A DNA stretch of 64,000 nt from NCBI GenBank assembly GCA_051294375.1, contig CM119270.1:14792046-14856045 (forward strand), written 5' to 3'. The translations under genes were made by a program, and so were the position numbers. The notes beneath the pieces were generated by a model that was given only the letters and a program-made list of their open reading frames with translations, did not search any database and had not been told where the DNA came from. Positions within the stretch are counted from its first letter, which is position 1; every line of letters begins with the position of its first letter. The stretch comes from Paraspadella gotoi (Eukaryota > Animalia > Chaetognatha). Below, in pieces: positions 37,276 through 50,461 of this stretch.

Positions 37276-40200
37276 GTAAGAATGGGAGAATATGGGGAGG
37301 CGGGAGTGGGTGAACGAGAGAGAACGGTTGGGAATGGGAGAATCAGGTGAGCGGGATTGGGAGAACTAGGGAGAATGGGAGAACCGGTGAGGATGGGAGA
37401 ATCAGAGGGACGGGAGTGGGAAATGTAAGAAGAATCTGAGAATAAGCGAGAATGAAAAATTTGGGGTCGGAAGTTAGAGAACAACGAAAAGCAGCACAAC
37501 AGGTAGGAATGAGATAATTTCTGGATGGCCGTGGAAGAATGAGGGAGAATAGGAGAACATGTGGGAATGGGAAAATCGGGTAGCGGGAGATGGAGAACGG
37601 GAGAAGACCAGATAGGACAGGTGAAAATTAGAGATAGGGGCGTGAATGGGAGAATGAGGGAGAACAAGGAAGAAAGAAATAGGTGAGAAGACAGCCGTAG
37701 GAGAACGAGGAAGTGTCAGAGAAATATCATTGTGTGTGGAAGTCGGGGAGGAGAATGATTGGACGAATGACTATATGGGATTAAGTTAGGGTTTGAATTT
37801 GGGAGAAGTTAGAATATATGATTAACCGAGAAGGAAGTGAAAAATAAAATGATAATTCCCCGGGGTGAATCAAATGCCGAAAATGGGGGTAAGGGAACTC
37901 CTGTGATCGGGAGAGAGAAACATAGGTTTGAAGCATTTAAGTGGAAAGAAGAAATGGGAAAAGGTAAAAGATAGAAAAAAAATAGAATAGAAATGAGAAA
38001 TTGAGAAAGTTGAGAAGAATGACATGAGGATTTCCAGGAAATGGAGAAAGAAAATGAGGAAAACATGAAAAAGTTAAAGAGGGTGAAGAGAGAGGGTAAG
38101 TTAAGGTGGACGGACGATTGGGTCAGTTTGGCCAGTTGCTTCGACGAGTCACGTGAAAAATATATTTCCCTTTTTCTTTACTTTCCTTTTCTTATTTCGA
38201 AGAATCTTTCTTCTCTAGGGTTTTACGGTNNNNNNNNNNNNNNNNNNNNNNNNNNNNNNNNNNNNNNNNNNNNNNNNNNNNNNNNNNNNNNNNNNNNNNN
38301 NNNNNNNNNNNNNNNNNNNNNNNNNNNNNNNNNNNNNNNNNNNNNNNNNNNNNNNNNNNNNNNNNNNNNNNNNNNNNNNNNNNNNNNNNNNNNNNNNNNN
38401 NNNNNNNNNNNNNNNNNNNNNNNNNNNNNNNNNNNNNNNNNNNNNNNNNNNNNNNNNNNNNNNNNNNNNNNNNNNNNNNNNNNNNNNNNNNNNNNNNNNN
38501 NNNNNNNNNNNNNNNNNNNNNNNNNNNNNNNNNNNNNNNNNNNNNNNNNNNNNNNNNNNNNNNNNNNNNNNNNNNNNNNNNNNNNNNNNNNNNNNNNNNN
38601 NNNNNNNNNNNNNNNNNNNNNNNNNNNNNNNNNNNNNNGAGAGAGAGAGAGAGAGAGAGAGAATGAGATTGCATTCACAGTTGAAGACCATCGGTTGAAG
38701 TAAGAAAATTATTCGTTCGTCCAGGAATTTTTGTGAGAAGAAAAAAGGCACGAGTGAATAGATTAACACATGCTGAGGGTCTTAAAATATAGTGCACACT
38801 TCTCACAGATTTACTTAGAAAGACGCATTACGTCTTACTGTTATCTCACATATTCGTTTACTCGCACACAGACGCTCGCTCTCATACACAGTTACACACA
38901 AACGCACACATTACATGCGCTCACACTCTCGCAACTTTTCCGTACGATAGACCACCAGAGTCGGACCCCAGCGACGCTGCCGGANNNNNNNNNNNNNNNN
39001 NNNNNNNNNNNNNNNNNNNNNNNNNNNNNNNNNNNNNNNNNNNNNNNNNNNNNNNNNNNNNNNNNNNNNNNNNNNNNNNNNNNNNNNNNNNNNNNNNNNN
39101 NNNNNNNNNNNNNNNNNNNNNNNNNNNNNNNNNNNNNNNNNNNNNNNNNNNNNNNNNNNNNNNNNNNNNNNTTCTTCCCGAAAAACGCCACCGAAAAACA
39201 CCATCAAGTCAGCGATAAAAGTTCCGGGGAAAAGCCCGTTATTGAGATTTAAACGACCGACAACGTCGATGGTGGCTTCGGCCTCATTGTTGTCGTCGTC
39301 GTCGTTGGCGACGGAAGATGCGGCGCTGACGNNNNNNNNNNNNNNNNNNNNNNNNNCTAGGGAGCGGAGAAAAAGGAGAAAAAATAAGAAAGCATCATAA
39401 ATGAGAAAGGACGAAAACGTGAAAATAAAGAGAGAGATCAAAGAAAAACTTAGAGTAGCAAGCGGGAGAACAAACAAGAGGCAATGGAGTTCGAAGAGAT
39501 CGACTTAGAGATAGAAGAAATATTGAATGCCCTTTATAAATGATATAATCTGACGAAACAATAGGAGCCGCATAAATGTCGTTTGCTAGGATGGAAGAGA
39601 GAGGCTAAACAGCATTAGCTTTTTTACGAGCTTCCCAAACCATTGAAAACTGCGATTCTATCGACCACCTCTCTCTCGTCTCTCTCCTCTCTCTCTCTCT
39701 CTCTCTCCTCTCCTCATCTCCTCTCTCTCCTCTCTCTCTCTCTCCTCCCTCCCTCCGCGTCCCTCCCTTCCACCCCACCTCTCATCAAGTATTCTTGCCG
39801 AATCTTTGCGCACCTTGAGCTCCGGCTCATATCATGCAAGTTGCATCTGACAAACAGTTTTAACATGCGGGCCTCATTTTCCTCGCCGCTTTCCACCTCT
39901 CGACTCCCCACCCCATTTCCACGTTAGCTTCACTCCTGACACCACCACCCCTCCATCTTCCCCCCACCCCAATCCTTTTTCATGTCTTAGGCGTCTATCT
40001 CTCGCGTTTTTTTTTTTTCGTTCGAAAACTCGATTCATATCCTTTGAACGAAACCATTTTGAGGTGTGTTCCTCCATAAAAAAAAAAAAAAAAGACGGGG
40101 CGATTTCCAGTCCGCCGCGGTGATCCGATGCTGTAGAAATGCTGTCGATGCTGCGGATGTCGTGTCTATCTTTAGCGGAGGGCTTCATGCCGTTGCAATA

Positions 40201-41861
40201 TTGAGGGAGACTGACTAAAATTGGCAGCATCGACGAGGATAGAGATTCAGCAAGATGAGAGATTCAGCCTTTAATTATGTAAACGTCTCTTACGTATGAA
40301 TAAATAACCATGAAAGTTATGTCTTTTTATCAGATGCTTCTTTGTTTGTTTTTGGGTAAAATGTGGCGTTTCTTCTACTTTTTTTTATTTTTTTTGTTGT
40401 CTTCATTCCTTCCTTCCGCTTTTCATTTCAATTTTGAACATCCTTCTTTTTTTTTCTTTTTTTTTGTTACATTTTATCATCTATTTTATTCACCTCTTTT
40501 CTCTCTTTTACTTCTTTTTCTTTTTCTTCCTTTTTTTCTTTTTTTCTTCTCTTTTATTCACCTCTTTTCTCTCTCTCTCTAACTTCTTTTTCTTTTTCTT
40601 CCTTTTTTTTCCCTTCAATTCACCCCCCCCTTTTCCCCTTCCTTCCTTTCCTCGCCCAGTTTAAGTCTCGACACACTCTCCATGAGTTGGTGGCATCATC
40701 AAAGAGAAGAGGCCCTCAACGTCACCGAAGAAGAAGGCAACTTCACGACTCAAAGGTCGGTTGGTCGGTTGGTCCACCTCACTTATAATGTAAAGTTCGC
40801 CAAACATTAGCTTTGCCTGGTTAAAGCTACCATATTATTATTTTGTATTTTGAATTAAAATGTGATTTTTTTAACCGAAAACCGAGGTTTTTTTTTTTTT
40901 AATTTTCGTCACAAAATGTCGTTTAGTTTAAAATCAAATAAAAACTGAACTGATTAGTCCTCAGATTTTCTTCTCTTTGTGATGCAGCACTGAAGAATTC
41001 TCATAACTAATGACAGTAATAAAGATGGCGCAATTTAATCTCGCTTGATTTCAATTCCACAACTTTTTTTTCTTCTCACGGCGCCATTTCTCTTTTTGTA
41101 ATTCTTCTCTTTTTTCATTTCCTCCTCGTTTCTCATCTTTTCCTTCTTTCTACCCCCCTCCCCCCCCCCGAACAGCCTCCCCGGTCCCCCCCGCTCCGTC
41201 TGCTCAGAGCCTTGTCCCGAGGGACACGTCAGGACCATGAAGACGGAACAGTGTTGCTGGATTTGCACCAAGTGCGGCGACTTTGCCATCATCGACGGTG
41301 AGAGAGAAAGGGTAGTCGCAGGATTGTGCCCACGTATTATTGGGACCATAAAATTGCGCCCCAAGGATTGCACCCACGTAGCATTGCGCCCACATAGAAT
41401 TGCACCCATAGTATTCCGCCCACGTAAGATTGCGTCCACATGGCATTCCGACCTGTAGGATTCCGCCCACGTAGAATTGCGCCCACCTCAGACTCAAAAT
41501 AATTTCAAAATGAATAATGCGAGAAATTATGCGTTTCTTATTTTTTTAGTGGACCTTCAGTCGTGCATCGATTGTCCTCAACACCAAGAACCGAACCTCA
41601 ACAAATCCCTTTGTATCGACATTCCAGTTCAGGTGACCCTCTGGTTGGTCGGTCAGTCGGTCGCTCAGTCGGTAGATCGGTCGGTAGCTTAGACGGTAGG
41701 TCGGGAAGTCGGTCGGTCGATAATATGAGAGACGGTTCGCCTAAGCTTGTACGTGGCCATATTTGTTTTGAAAATTAAGAATCTGCATTTAAAATTTCAT
41801 CAGGTCTCGCCAAGCTTTTGACGTAAATTCTGATTTATGATTTCAACGCTCGCACTCTCTT

Positions 41862-41938
<77 letters not shown>

Positions 41939-42027
41939 GTACATGAATTACAGCGCCCCTGGGCCGTCTTCCCTCTCGTCTTCGCCACGCTGGGAATTTT
42001 AACCGCCATTTTCATTATCGGTAAGGA

Positions 42028-42099
<72 letters not shown>

Positions 42100-42456
42100 T
42101 CTCCATCCTTCTCCCTCTCCCGTGATTAAAATCTTTGGTGAACTGATTAAACCGCCTCCGGATTTTCCTCACGGGAAAAGTAGTGAACGAATGAAAAGGA
42201 AAATTCTGGTTTCAGTCATTCGATTTCAAAATAGAAAAAATATATTTAATTTCTTCGCTTTTGCCGTCGATTTTTCGTACAGAGTCCTTGATGAAAGAAA
42301 TTGTGATGAATTTTATCCGATAAAATAAACTTTGGAATCAACTTTTATTTTCTCCCATATCAAGGAGACAATTTGGTCTTTAGGAACTCGTTTTTAATTT
42401 TTTTATGATTTTAAAAGCAACCATCATCATAATCATCATCATCGTCATCATCATCG

Positions 42457-42500
<44 letters not shown>

Positions 42501-43827
42501 GTCATCAACATCATCACGACTCCGATCAACAACCACAACAATAACAACAAAAGAAACCTAAGCGAACTCATGAGGGCAAAAAAAAAAACCGGTGCGGGTC
42601 TTTTCCAGACTCGGGGGGTAAGTTTTCCAGTGGTGAATTTCGAGTGGTAAGTTTTAACTGATAAAAATGAGAAGCAGAGGGAGAGAAACATGACCCGGTA
42701 GGTGGGGCTTGAGGGTGAGGGGCTGAGGGGGGGAGCAGTGTTGAGAGAAAGGTGGCCTAACTCGAGTGCGGAGTTAATTAAGTTTCGGAAAAGACGATTT
42801 ATTTGGATGCGGCTTTCGAGTTTACAGGTTTTTCCCTTTCGTCAACCGAGTTATTGGCTTTCTTTTTTTTACCCTTTAATCCTTCGTTCCTTTTTTTTTT
42901 TCTTCTTTTTTCTTTTAATCTAAATCTTTCTTAGTTTTCGATCTTTTTTTGATTTTTTTTAGGCTTCCAAAATTTTGTCGGTAAATCACTTAGAAATTTG
43001 AATTATGATAGATTATTATAAATGATTATAAAAAAAGATAGATAATAATTAAAAAATAAAAAATAAAATAACAAAAAAGAATAAAAAAAAGAAAAAGAAA
43101 GAATAAAAAAGAAAAATAGGGAGTAAAATCATTGGTCAAAATTGATTATGAAAGCTTGGCTTTTTTTGCTACAAAAGGAAGACTACACCAAGGGGTAGAC
43201 ATTTTTTCATGCTTCGGGGTGACCCCTTGGGAAGGAAGTTTTTTTCACCCCAAGGGGCCGCCCCTAATGCTAAAAAAAATTCCTCCTTGGTGGCACACCT
43301 AGGTATACAGTTTTTGCCCACCCCCAGAGGCTATCCCTAGGTATGACCCCCCCCGGTGTCGCCCCTAGACACTCACCAGGGGGAAGGGTTTTATTCTGAC
43401 GGTATACTTGAGATAAAAACCAAACAAAAAATGAAAAAGAAACTTTTTATTACAAAAGCATTTACCAGTAATTCAGAGGAGAAAATTCCCAATCTGGACT
43501 CGGGATTTTGTAATAATGACGACCGCATGACTCATTGAGCACCGATTCCACCAAAGACCCACCCAAAAACCATACAATTATCTCCACCTTTCATCATCCA
43601 ACCTCGACTTCTTCCATCGAGTCTTTTCTAGACCCATTTTCTGTCAAATCTGTAGTTTCCACTATTATCGTAGCGTCCGTCACCACCGTCGTAACTTCCA
43701 CCGCCACCAGCGTAACGTCCACCGCCACCACCATGACGTCCGCCACCGCCGTAATCTCCATCACCATAACCGCCGACCGCCGGACATTCTTGGTTCCGCG
43801 TAATTAACTATTTGAAATAAGGAAATA

Positions 43828-43921
<94 letters not shown>

Positions 43922-45521
43922 TATGATGATAATAATAATAATAATAAACTTCAATAGTGTGCCAAATAATATTCAAATTTATCCAGCATTACAAGATTTA
44001 CAAATTGCACTCATTTAAACATAAGTAAGACAGACCTATAGAGAGACAAACAGACAAACAGAAAGAGGGACAAAGACACAGACAGAAAAGTTCCTAAAAA
44101 CCCACCTTTGATTGGCCGCCCATCGAGATATGTACCATCGAGGGCGTCGACGGCCTTTTGGGCTGTTTGCTGATTGGCCAAAGTGACGAAGGCGAATCCT
44201 TTGCTACGCCCCGTGTCTCGATCCATAATGATGTTAACGTCAGAAACGTGACCCTTGCCGACTTCCCTTTCAAAGCGGGAACGAAGGCCTTCTTCCGTAG
44301 TTGAATAGTCCAGATTACCTGACCGGGGGGTAGGGAGTTGAGAAAGGAAATGGCTGGTAAATATAAGATAGTTTATTTACTAAAGGGAAAATTTGCGTCG
44401 CGTTGACGTTTATAAATATGTTGTTGTGGTAATAGATGTACAAGAATCAACGGTATGGCGCCAGAGATAGCTCTGGCGAAAGTAGTTGGGTTCACGCCCT
44501 GCTGATTCACACAAGAAAGCGGGATGGGGCGTCTAACTTACGAGTAGAGACGGGAATAATGTATGGTCCAAAGTCTTGAAACTTGTGCGCTACCGACGGC
44601 AAAATGCTTGGGGCATCGTCTTCCAAAAATTTACTTACCCACGTAGAGGCTGACTCTTGTAGCTTGAACGGACGCCGTCAGGAAGATTGATCCCGCGAGA
44701 AGAAACGAGACAAGGAAATGCATGGTTTTATATTTATTGCATTAAAAAATTATAAAACTAAGAATAATATTAAAAAGAACAACAGAAAATGATTCAAAAG
44801 ACAACGAGGGAAGAAAAATGTAACGACGGTACCAAAGTGGTTCCGCCAGTTGGAGTTCTTTGCTTTCATATTGATGCAGGGATTTAATAGAAAACCGGAT
44901 TGGTTTTATTTTTCGTAAAAGATTCGTCCTTGACAATCTTTTAAAGTTAATTTTTTTAGTTTTGGAGCTAGTTATTTTTAGCTTATTTTATTTTATTTTA
45001 TTTTATAACGTATATTTCTTCTCGTTCTACATAATCATATTTATTCTTTATAAATTATTACCTTTAGTACTTGAAATTGGCTTGAGGTTGGATAGACTCG
45101 TTGAAGGTCGGGATTAACGAGATTTTTCAAGAGATCAAGTTTTTTCCTGTTTTAAATCTAAAAACTAAACAATAATTAAGCGGTAATTAGCTAATCAGAT
45201 GATAAATCACGGTAATTATTTCAATTTGTGATCCTAACTGATCAATTGATCATAACAGATCGTACCATACCAAACCAGTGGCTGAACCAATACATGTAAA
45301 TCGCTTGCAAGACATTAAACTGAACTGTTACTATGGTACAAACAAATAATTTTTTTAACTATTATTATTTTTTCAATTCGCATCATTTTTTAAACTCGAC
45401 CGACGGACCGACAAAGTGGATTATAGTGTCTGCTGATAAGCAGATCCGACTGAAAAAGAAATTGAAACCGTAAAACTGCAATAAACAGATTGAATTTCTC
45501 AGAAATGCTCAAGTTTTATTT

Positions 45522-45555
<34 letters not shown>

Positions 45556-46837
45556 CTTCATTTAATACTTTTATTTCCCCAATTCACCCTCACGACCTCT
45601 TTTCCATCTCATCACCTCCTAATTATCTCCTGATTAATCTCTTTCCTTTTTCTCTTCCCCGCTCTTTATCATCTTACTTAATAACTTCCTTTATCATCTC
45701 ATTCCTATCTCCTCCAATTTCCTTTCCTCTTTTTTTCTCCCTCATTTCCTCTCCCATCTTTTTTTTTCCCGCCGAGAGGCGATTCTCCTTTCCCCGAACC
45801 GATCGATCACGGAGAGTGCGTTCAAGATGGCGCCTTGAGATGGCGCCATTACCGAAACGCCATCCTATGGTCGCGTTCGAAATGGGCCAAGGCCCTAGCG
45901 AACGCTCGCCGTTTAAATGGGGCCCTTCGCATTGCGGGGCAATATCGAGTGCAATGGGAGAGAAACTGTCTCGGGATTGTCCTATAAACGATGAGCTTGA
46001 CAAAAAACGTAAGGTTATGTAGTAGTAATTTAATTGTTACATAAAAATAATAGGGATCAATTTACGTCACCACTAAAATAACCCAAGAAATAAATTGGCA
46101 ATATTATTGATCTTATGAAAGCCAAAACTAACGCCGCATTACTCTAATGTTTTGGACATGGCGCCACAATATCGAGTTCCCGGAATCGCGAGGTCGAGAT
46201 TTGCTTATCGAAAAACTATTCGAGGATTAGGAGAGTCATAAAAAAATCCCAACGCCCCTTTAGGCGAGTTTCTCAACCAAATTACTTTGTCAAATTTCTT
46301 TTTGTTATTTATTTTTTTTACTGCCGATAAGAAAATAGATTCTCCAGTTAGGAACGAATCCGTAAAAAAAAAACATCGCAATCGAAAGATGGCGGGTAAA
46401 ATCTCTCAGTCGAGTCTTATTTCGTTTTTTGGGTTTTTTATTTGTTGTTTTTTTTGTTGTTATTTTTCTTCTTCTCTTTTTTAATACTTCAAAAAGATTT
46501 ATAAGAGCGAGAGAGAGAATAGCGAGAGATGGAGTCTCGGCTCTCCCCGTATTGGTCTGCGAAAGCAGTCCTCCGCTATCCACCCTGGGCGGGCCGACGG
46601 GGGGGGGGGGCCGCAGTCATACCATCTGTCACCGTCTCAACTTTTCTCATCAAACTCCGGTGGTTGTGATAACATCGGTCTTTTCCCCATCACCCACATG
46701 GGATCCCGATAGCGTCTCTCTTATCTTTATCACCCTCCCGAGGTTGTGATAGCATCTGCTGCAATAAAAAAAAGAGGATCCGGAATTCCCTCATCGATTC
46801 AACTGACCACCCAAAGGAACAGATTGACGAGGTTGAG

Positions 46838-46876
<39 letters not shown>

Positions 46877-46883
46877 TCTCTCT

Positions 46884-46931
<48 letters not shown>

Positions 46932-48153
46932 TCTTTAATCCTTTTATTTCCCCAATTCACCCTCACGACCTCTTTTTCCATCTCATCACCTCCTGAATTA
47001 TCTCCTGATTAATCTCTTTCCTTTTTCTCTTTCCCCGCTCTTTATCACTTACTTAATAACTTCCTTTATCATCTCATTCCTATCTCCTCCAATTTCTTTC
47101 CTCTTTTTTTTCTCCCTCATTTCTCTCCCATCTTTTTTTTTCCCGCCGCGAGAGCGATTCTCCTTTCCCCGAAACGATCGATCACGGAGAGTGCTGTTCA
47201 AGATGGCGCCTTGAGATGGGCCCCATTACCGAAACGCCATCTATGGTCGCGTTCGAAATGGGCCAAGGCCCTAGCGAACGCTCGCCGTTTTAAATGGGGC
47301 CCTTCGCATTGCGGGGCATAATACGAGTGCAATGGGAGAGAAACTGTTCTCGGGGATTGTCCATAAACGATGAGCTTGACAAAAAAACGTAAGGTTATGT
47401 AGTAGTAATTTAATTTTACATAAAAATAATAGGGGATCAATTTACGTCACCACTAAAATAACCCAAGAAGAAATAAATTGGGCAATATTTGATCTTAATG
47501 AAAGACAAAACTAACGCGCATTACTCTAATGTTTTGGACATGGCACGCCACCAATATCGAGTTCCCGGAATCGCGAGGTCGAGATTTGCTTATCGAAAAC
47601 TATTCGAGGATTAGGAGAGTCATAAACAAAATCCCAACGCCCCTTTAGCGAGTTTCTCAAACCAAATTACTTTGTGTTCAAATTTCTTTTTTTATATTTA
47701 TTTTTTACTGCCGATAAGAAAATAGATTCTCCAGTTAGGACGACGATCGTAAAAAAAAAAAAAAATCGCAATCGAAGATGGCGGCGTAAATCTCTCAGTT
47801 CGAGTCTATTTCGTTTTTTGGGTTTTTATTTGTTTGTTTTTTTGTTGTATTTTCTTCTTCTTCTTTTTTAATACTTCCAAAAAGATTTATAAGAGCGAGA
47901 GAGAGAATTAGCGAGAGATGGAGTCTCGGCTCTCCCCGATTTGGTCTGCGAAGCGTCCTCCGCTATCCCTTGGGCGGGCCCGGGGGGGGGTGGGGGGCGC
48001 AGTCCTACATACCAATCTGTCACGCGTCTCAACTTTTCATCAAACTCCGGTGGTTGTAAACATCGGACTCTTCCCCAAAAACAATCGAGCCCACAATGGA
48101 ACCCGATCCCCGATATCTAGCCCCCGTCNNNNNNNNNNNNNNNNNNNNNNNNN

Positions 48154-48187
<34 letters not shown>

Positions 48188-50417
48188 TTCATACAACTTT
48201 TGTCGACTGTAAAGCGCTGGTTGTCGCAAATGTTGATGAGATCCTTATCGCTTCCTTATTTGCATCTTTTAACATGAGAATACAGCGTCTCCGAAATGGG
48301 TTTCGCTTTCGCTATTGCGTCGAAGAAATTGTAACAAAATCTAGCTAATAAATATTACAGAATGTCGCTCTTTACTATTCATCAATAAAGAAAGCTTTGT
48401 GGCAGCAAGACTTAAAAGCTGCCTCACTGCTGTCCGTCCTCAGCCTCGTCCCAATAGCTGAGCAGGCGTCCCGGGTTCAATCCCTGGGTATCCCGGTTCT
48501 GGCTTAAATGTGACGGTGCCGGTATAAACATGCCAGTGACAGGAGGCGGTCACTGAGGGTCCGCAGCCCCTACGCCAGTTAGTGAGATACCGCGCCCCGG
48601 GTATCACAGGCTATCCTCCCGTTGCCATAGATTTTTTTTTTCTTTCGCTATACGATTATGAATTACGAATGTTCCAGTAACCGTTAACTAGAGGCGCCAC
48701 AAGGCAATCAAGCCGTTCATTTGTTTCCCGCCGTCAAAAGGATTTTATTATTAAGGCAAAGAAGAGACGTTCGCCTCGTGAATAAATTGTTTAAATTAAA
48801 ACAAAATCAAAACGATTAACGTCGACGAAGCGAACGGTGCCGTCGTCGTAAATCTAATCATGTCATGATGAAATTGGTAAATACACTTTGTTTACGAATC
48901 GGCTCTTATGTTATAATTTATCGGAGACGAACCAGTGGTTGTTGACTTGCTGTGGATTAAACGCGAAAACGTTATAATCGAGAAAAACAGAAGGCTAATT
49001 CCCTTTTCTTCTCTAATTTTCTGTTTCATAATCTTTTCTAAACCGTCTTGACGACGAGAAAAAAAATGAAAGGAAGGCGCAATATTAATGAAACACGCAA
49101 ATGAAAAAAAAAATCTATTTTCTCCTTTCACCAAAAAAAAATTCTTTTTTTTTCTTTTCCTTTTTTTTTCGATAAAAGGAAAGAGGACGAAACAAGAGGG
49201 ACGAAAAAGGGAGAGAAAAAGAAAGAAAAAGGACTATATTTTACGCTCAAAAATTTGTTCTTTCTTTTTCCTTTCTTTTTTTCTCCATTTTTTTCGTTCC
49301 TTTCCTTCCTATTTTCTCTTAGATTGCCTTATCGGAATCGGATGTTTGCTTCCAGCGGAGGAAAATCACAGTTTCTTTTCTTTTTAGTCTCATTTTTCGC
49401 ATTTTTCTCTCTCTTGTTTTGTTTGCTTTTATTTTAGTACATATTTGGCGTTGACACGTCGGGTTCGGTCGATAAAATGTGGGTTTGAAGTTATAGGGGT
49501 CATCAGCGGAGTCCGGAGCGTCGCTGTTTTTAGTTACGATCATCTTCTCACGGCATTTGTATCAGTACATAAGAATTCCAATAGGTTCAAATATTACCAT
49601 AGATATAAACATATAAACAATTTTGAAGATTATCCTTAACTTAAACTATTACTCTCAAAAAAACTAAAATTCCATCGCGAACCCAAAACGTTCAAAAAAC
49701 CCCGCGTCTTTGTTGTGAGCGAAGAATAATCGAGTGATTGCCCCTCTGGTGAGAGCGAATTTTGTGAATGACCTTCGCGTGAAAGATCGTTTCCGTCTCT
49801 GGTTTCGGCCGAACTTCACTTCACGAGAAAACTGCGGACGTCAAGAACGTGAAAGGCAGACCGGATTTGATAAATGGTCGCTTTTGGTTCCGAGTCGGCC
49901 TGGCGTCGGGATGGCGTCGGGTTCTTGTCGGTTTGGCTTCAGGTTTGGGTCGGCTTGACGTAAGCAACTCGACGGGTCAGCGTCGAGTTGGAGTCGGCCT
50001 TACTTTGCTTAGTCGTCGGCCCGGTTTTATGTCCAATTGATATCGGAATGGCTAAAATTTTGGGACACGGTTCCAAGTGAAAATGAAGTCAAAGCGATNN
50101 NNNNNNNNNNNNNNNNNNNNNNNCGATTTTTGTTGGGACGAGAGTGGCCGCACACGAGCAAATTTACTTTCAAACCAATTCGAGCGGTTTTAAAAACTCA
50201 TATGAAGTAAAGTGTTGGTCGCAATGGCTGAAACCAGGGCTCATTCAGTTCCATTCTATTCTGTTAGATATTTTTAATATGACCAAAAAAAAGTTAAACA
50301 TGTTCGAAGGGAAATAAAATTTAATTCGATTTGGCGGAAAGCTGGAGAAACCCGGTTTATTTATTTTCCTAAATAGTCTCTACTTAAACGTTTAGTGGCC
50401 CGATTTCCCCCTCCTCT

Positions 50418-50461
<44 letters not shown>

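Noticed and set aside
38041-39477. Long ORFs spanning X runs (also at 11.0-11.6, 25.0-26.1 and 53.4-54.9 kb)
   Set aside because: Open only because they cross N gaps.
37276-40659. GA-rich 5' and CT-rich 3' intron ends as base-paired splicing bridges
   Set aside because: The pattern holds for this intron but not for others (42021 onward starts CT-rich; 57586-57831 is all purine-rich).
42380-42691. Poly-Met / poly-Ile ORFs
   Set aside because: (CAT)n microsatellite.
43190-43410. MITE-like GC-rich island downstream of the RRM gene
   Set aside because: No convincing terminal inverted repeats or target-site duplication, and single copy in the window.
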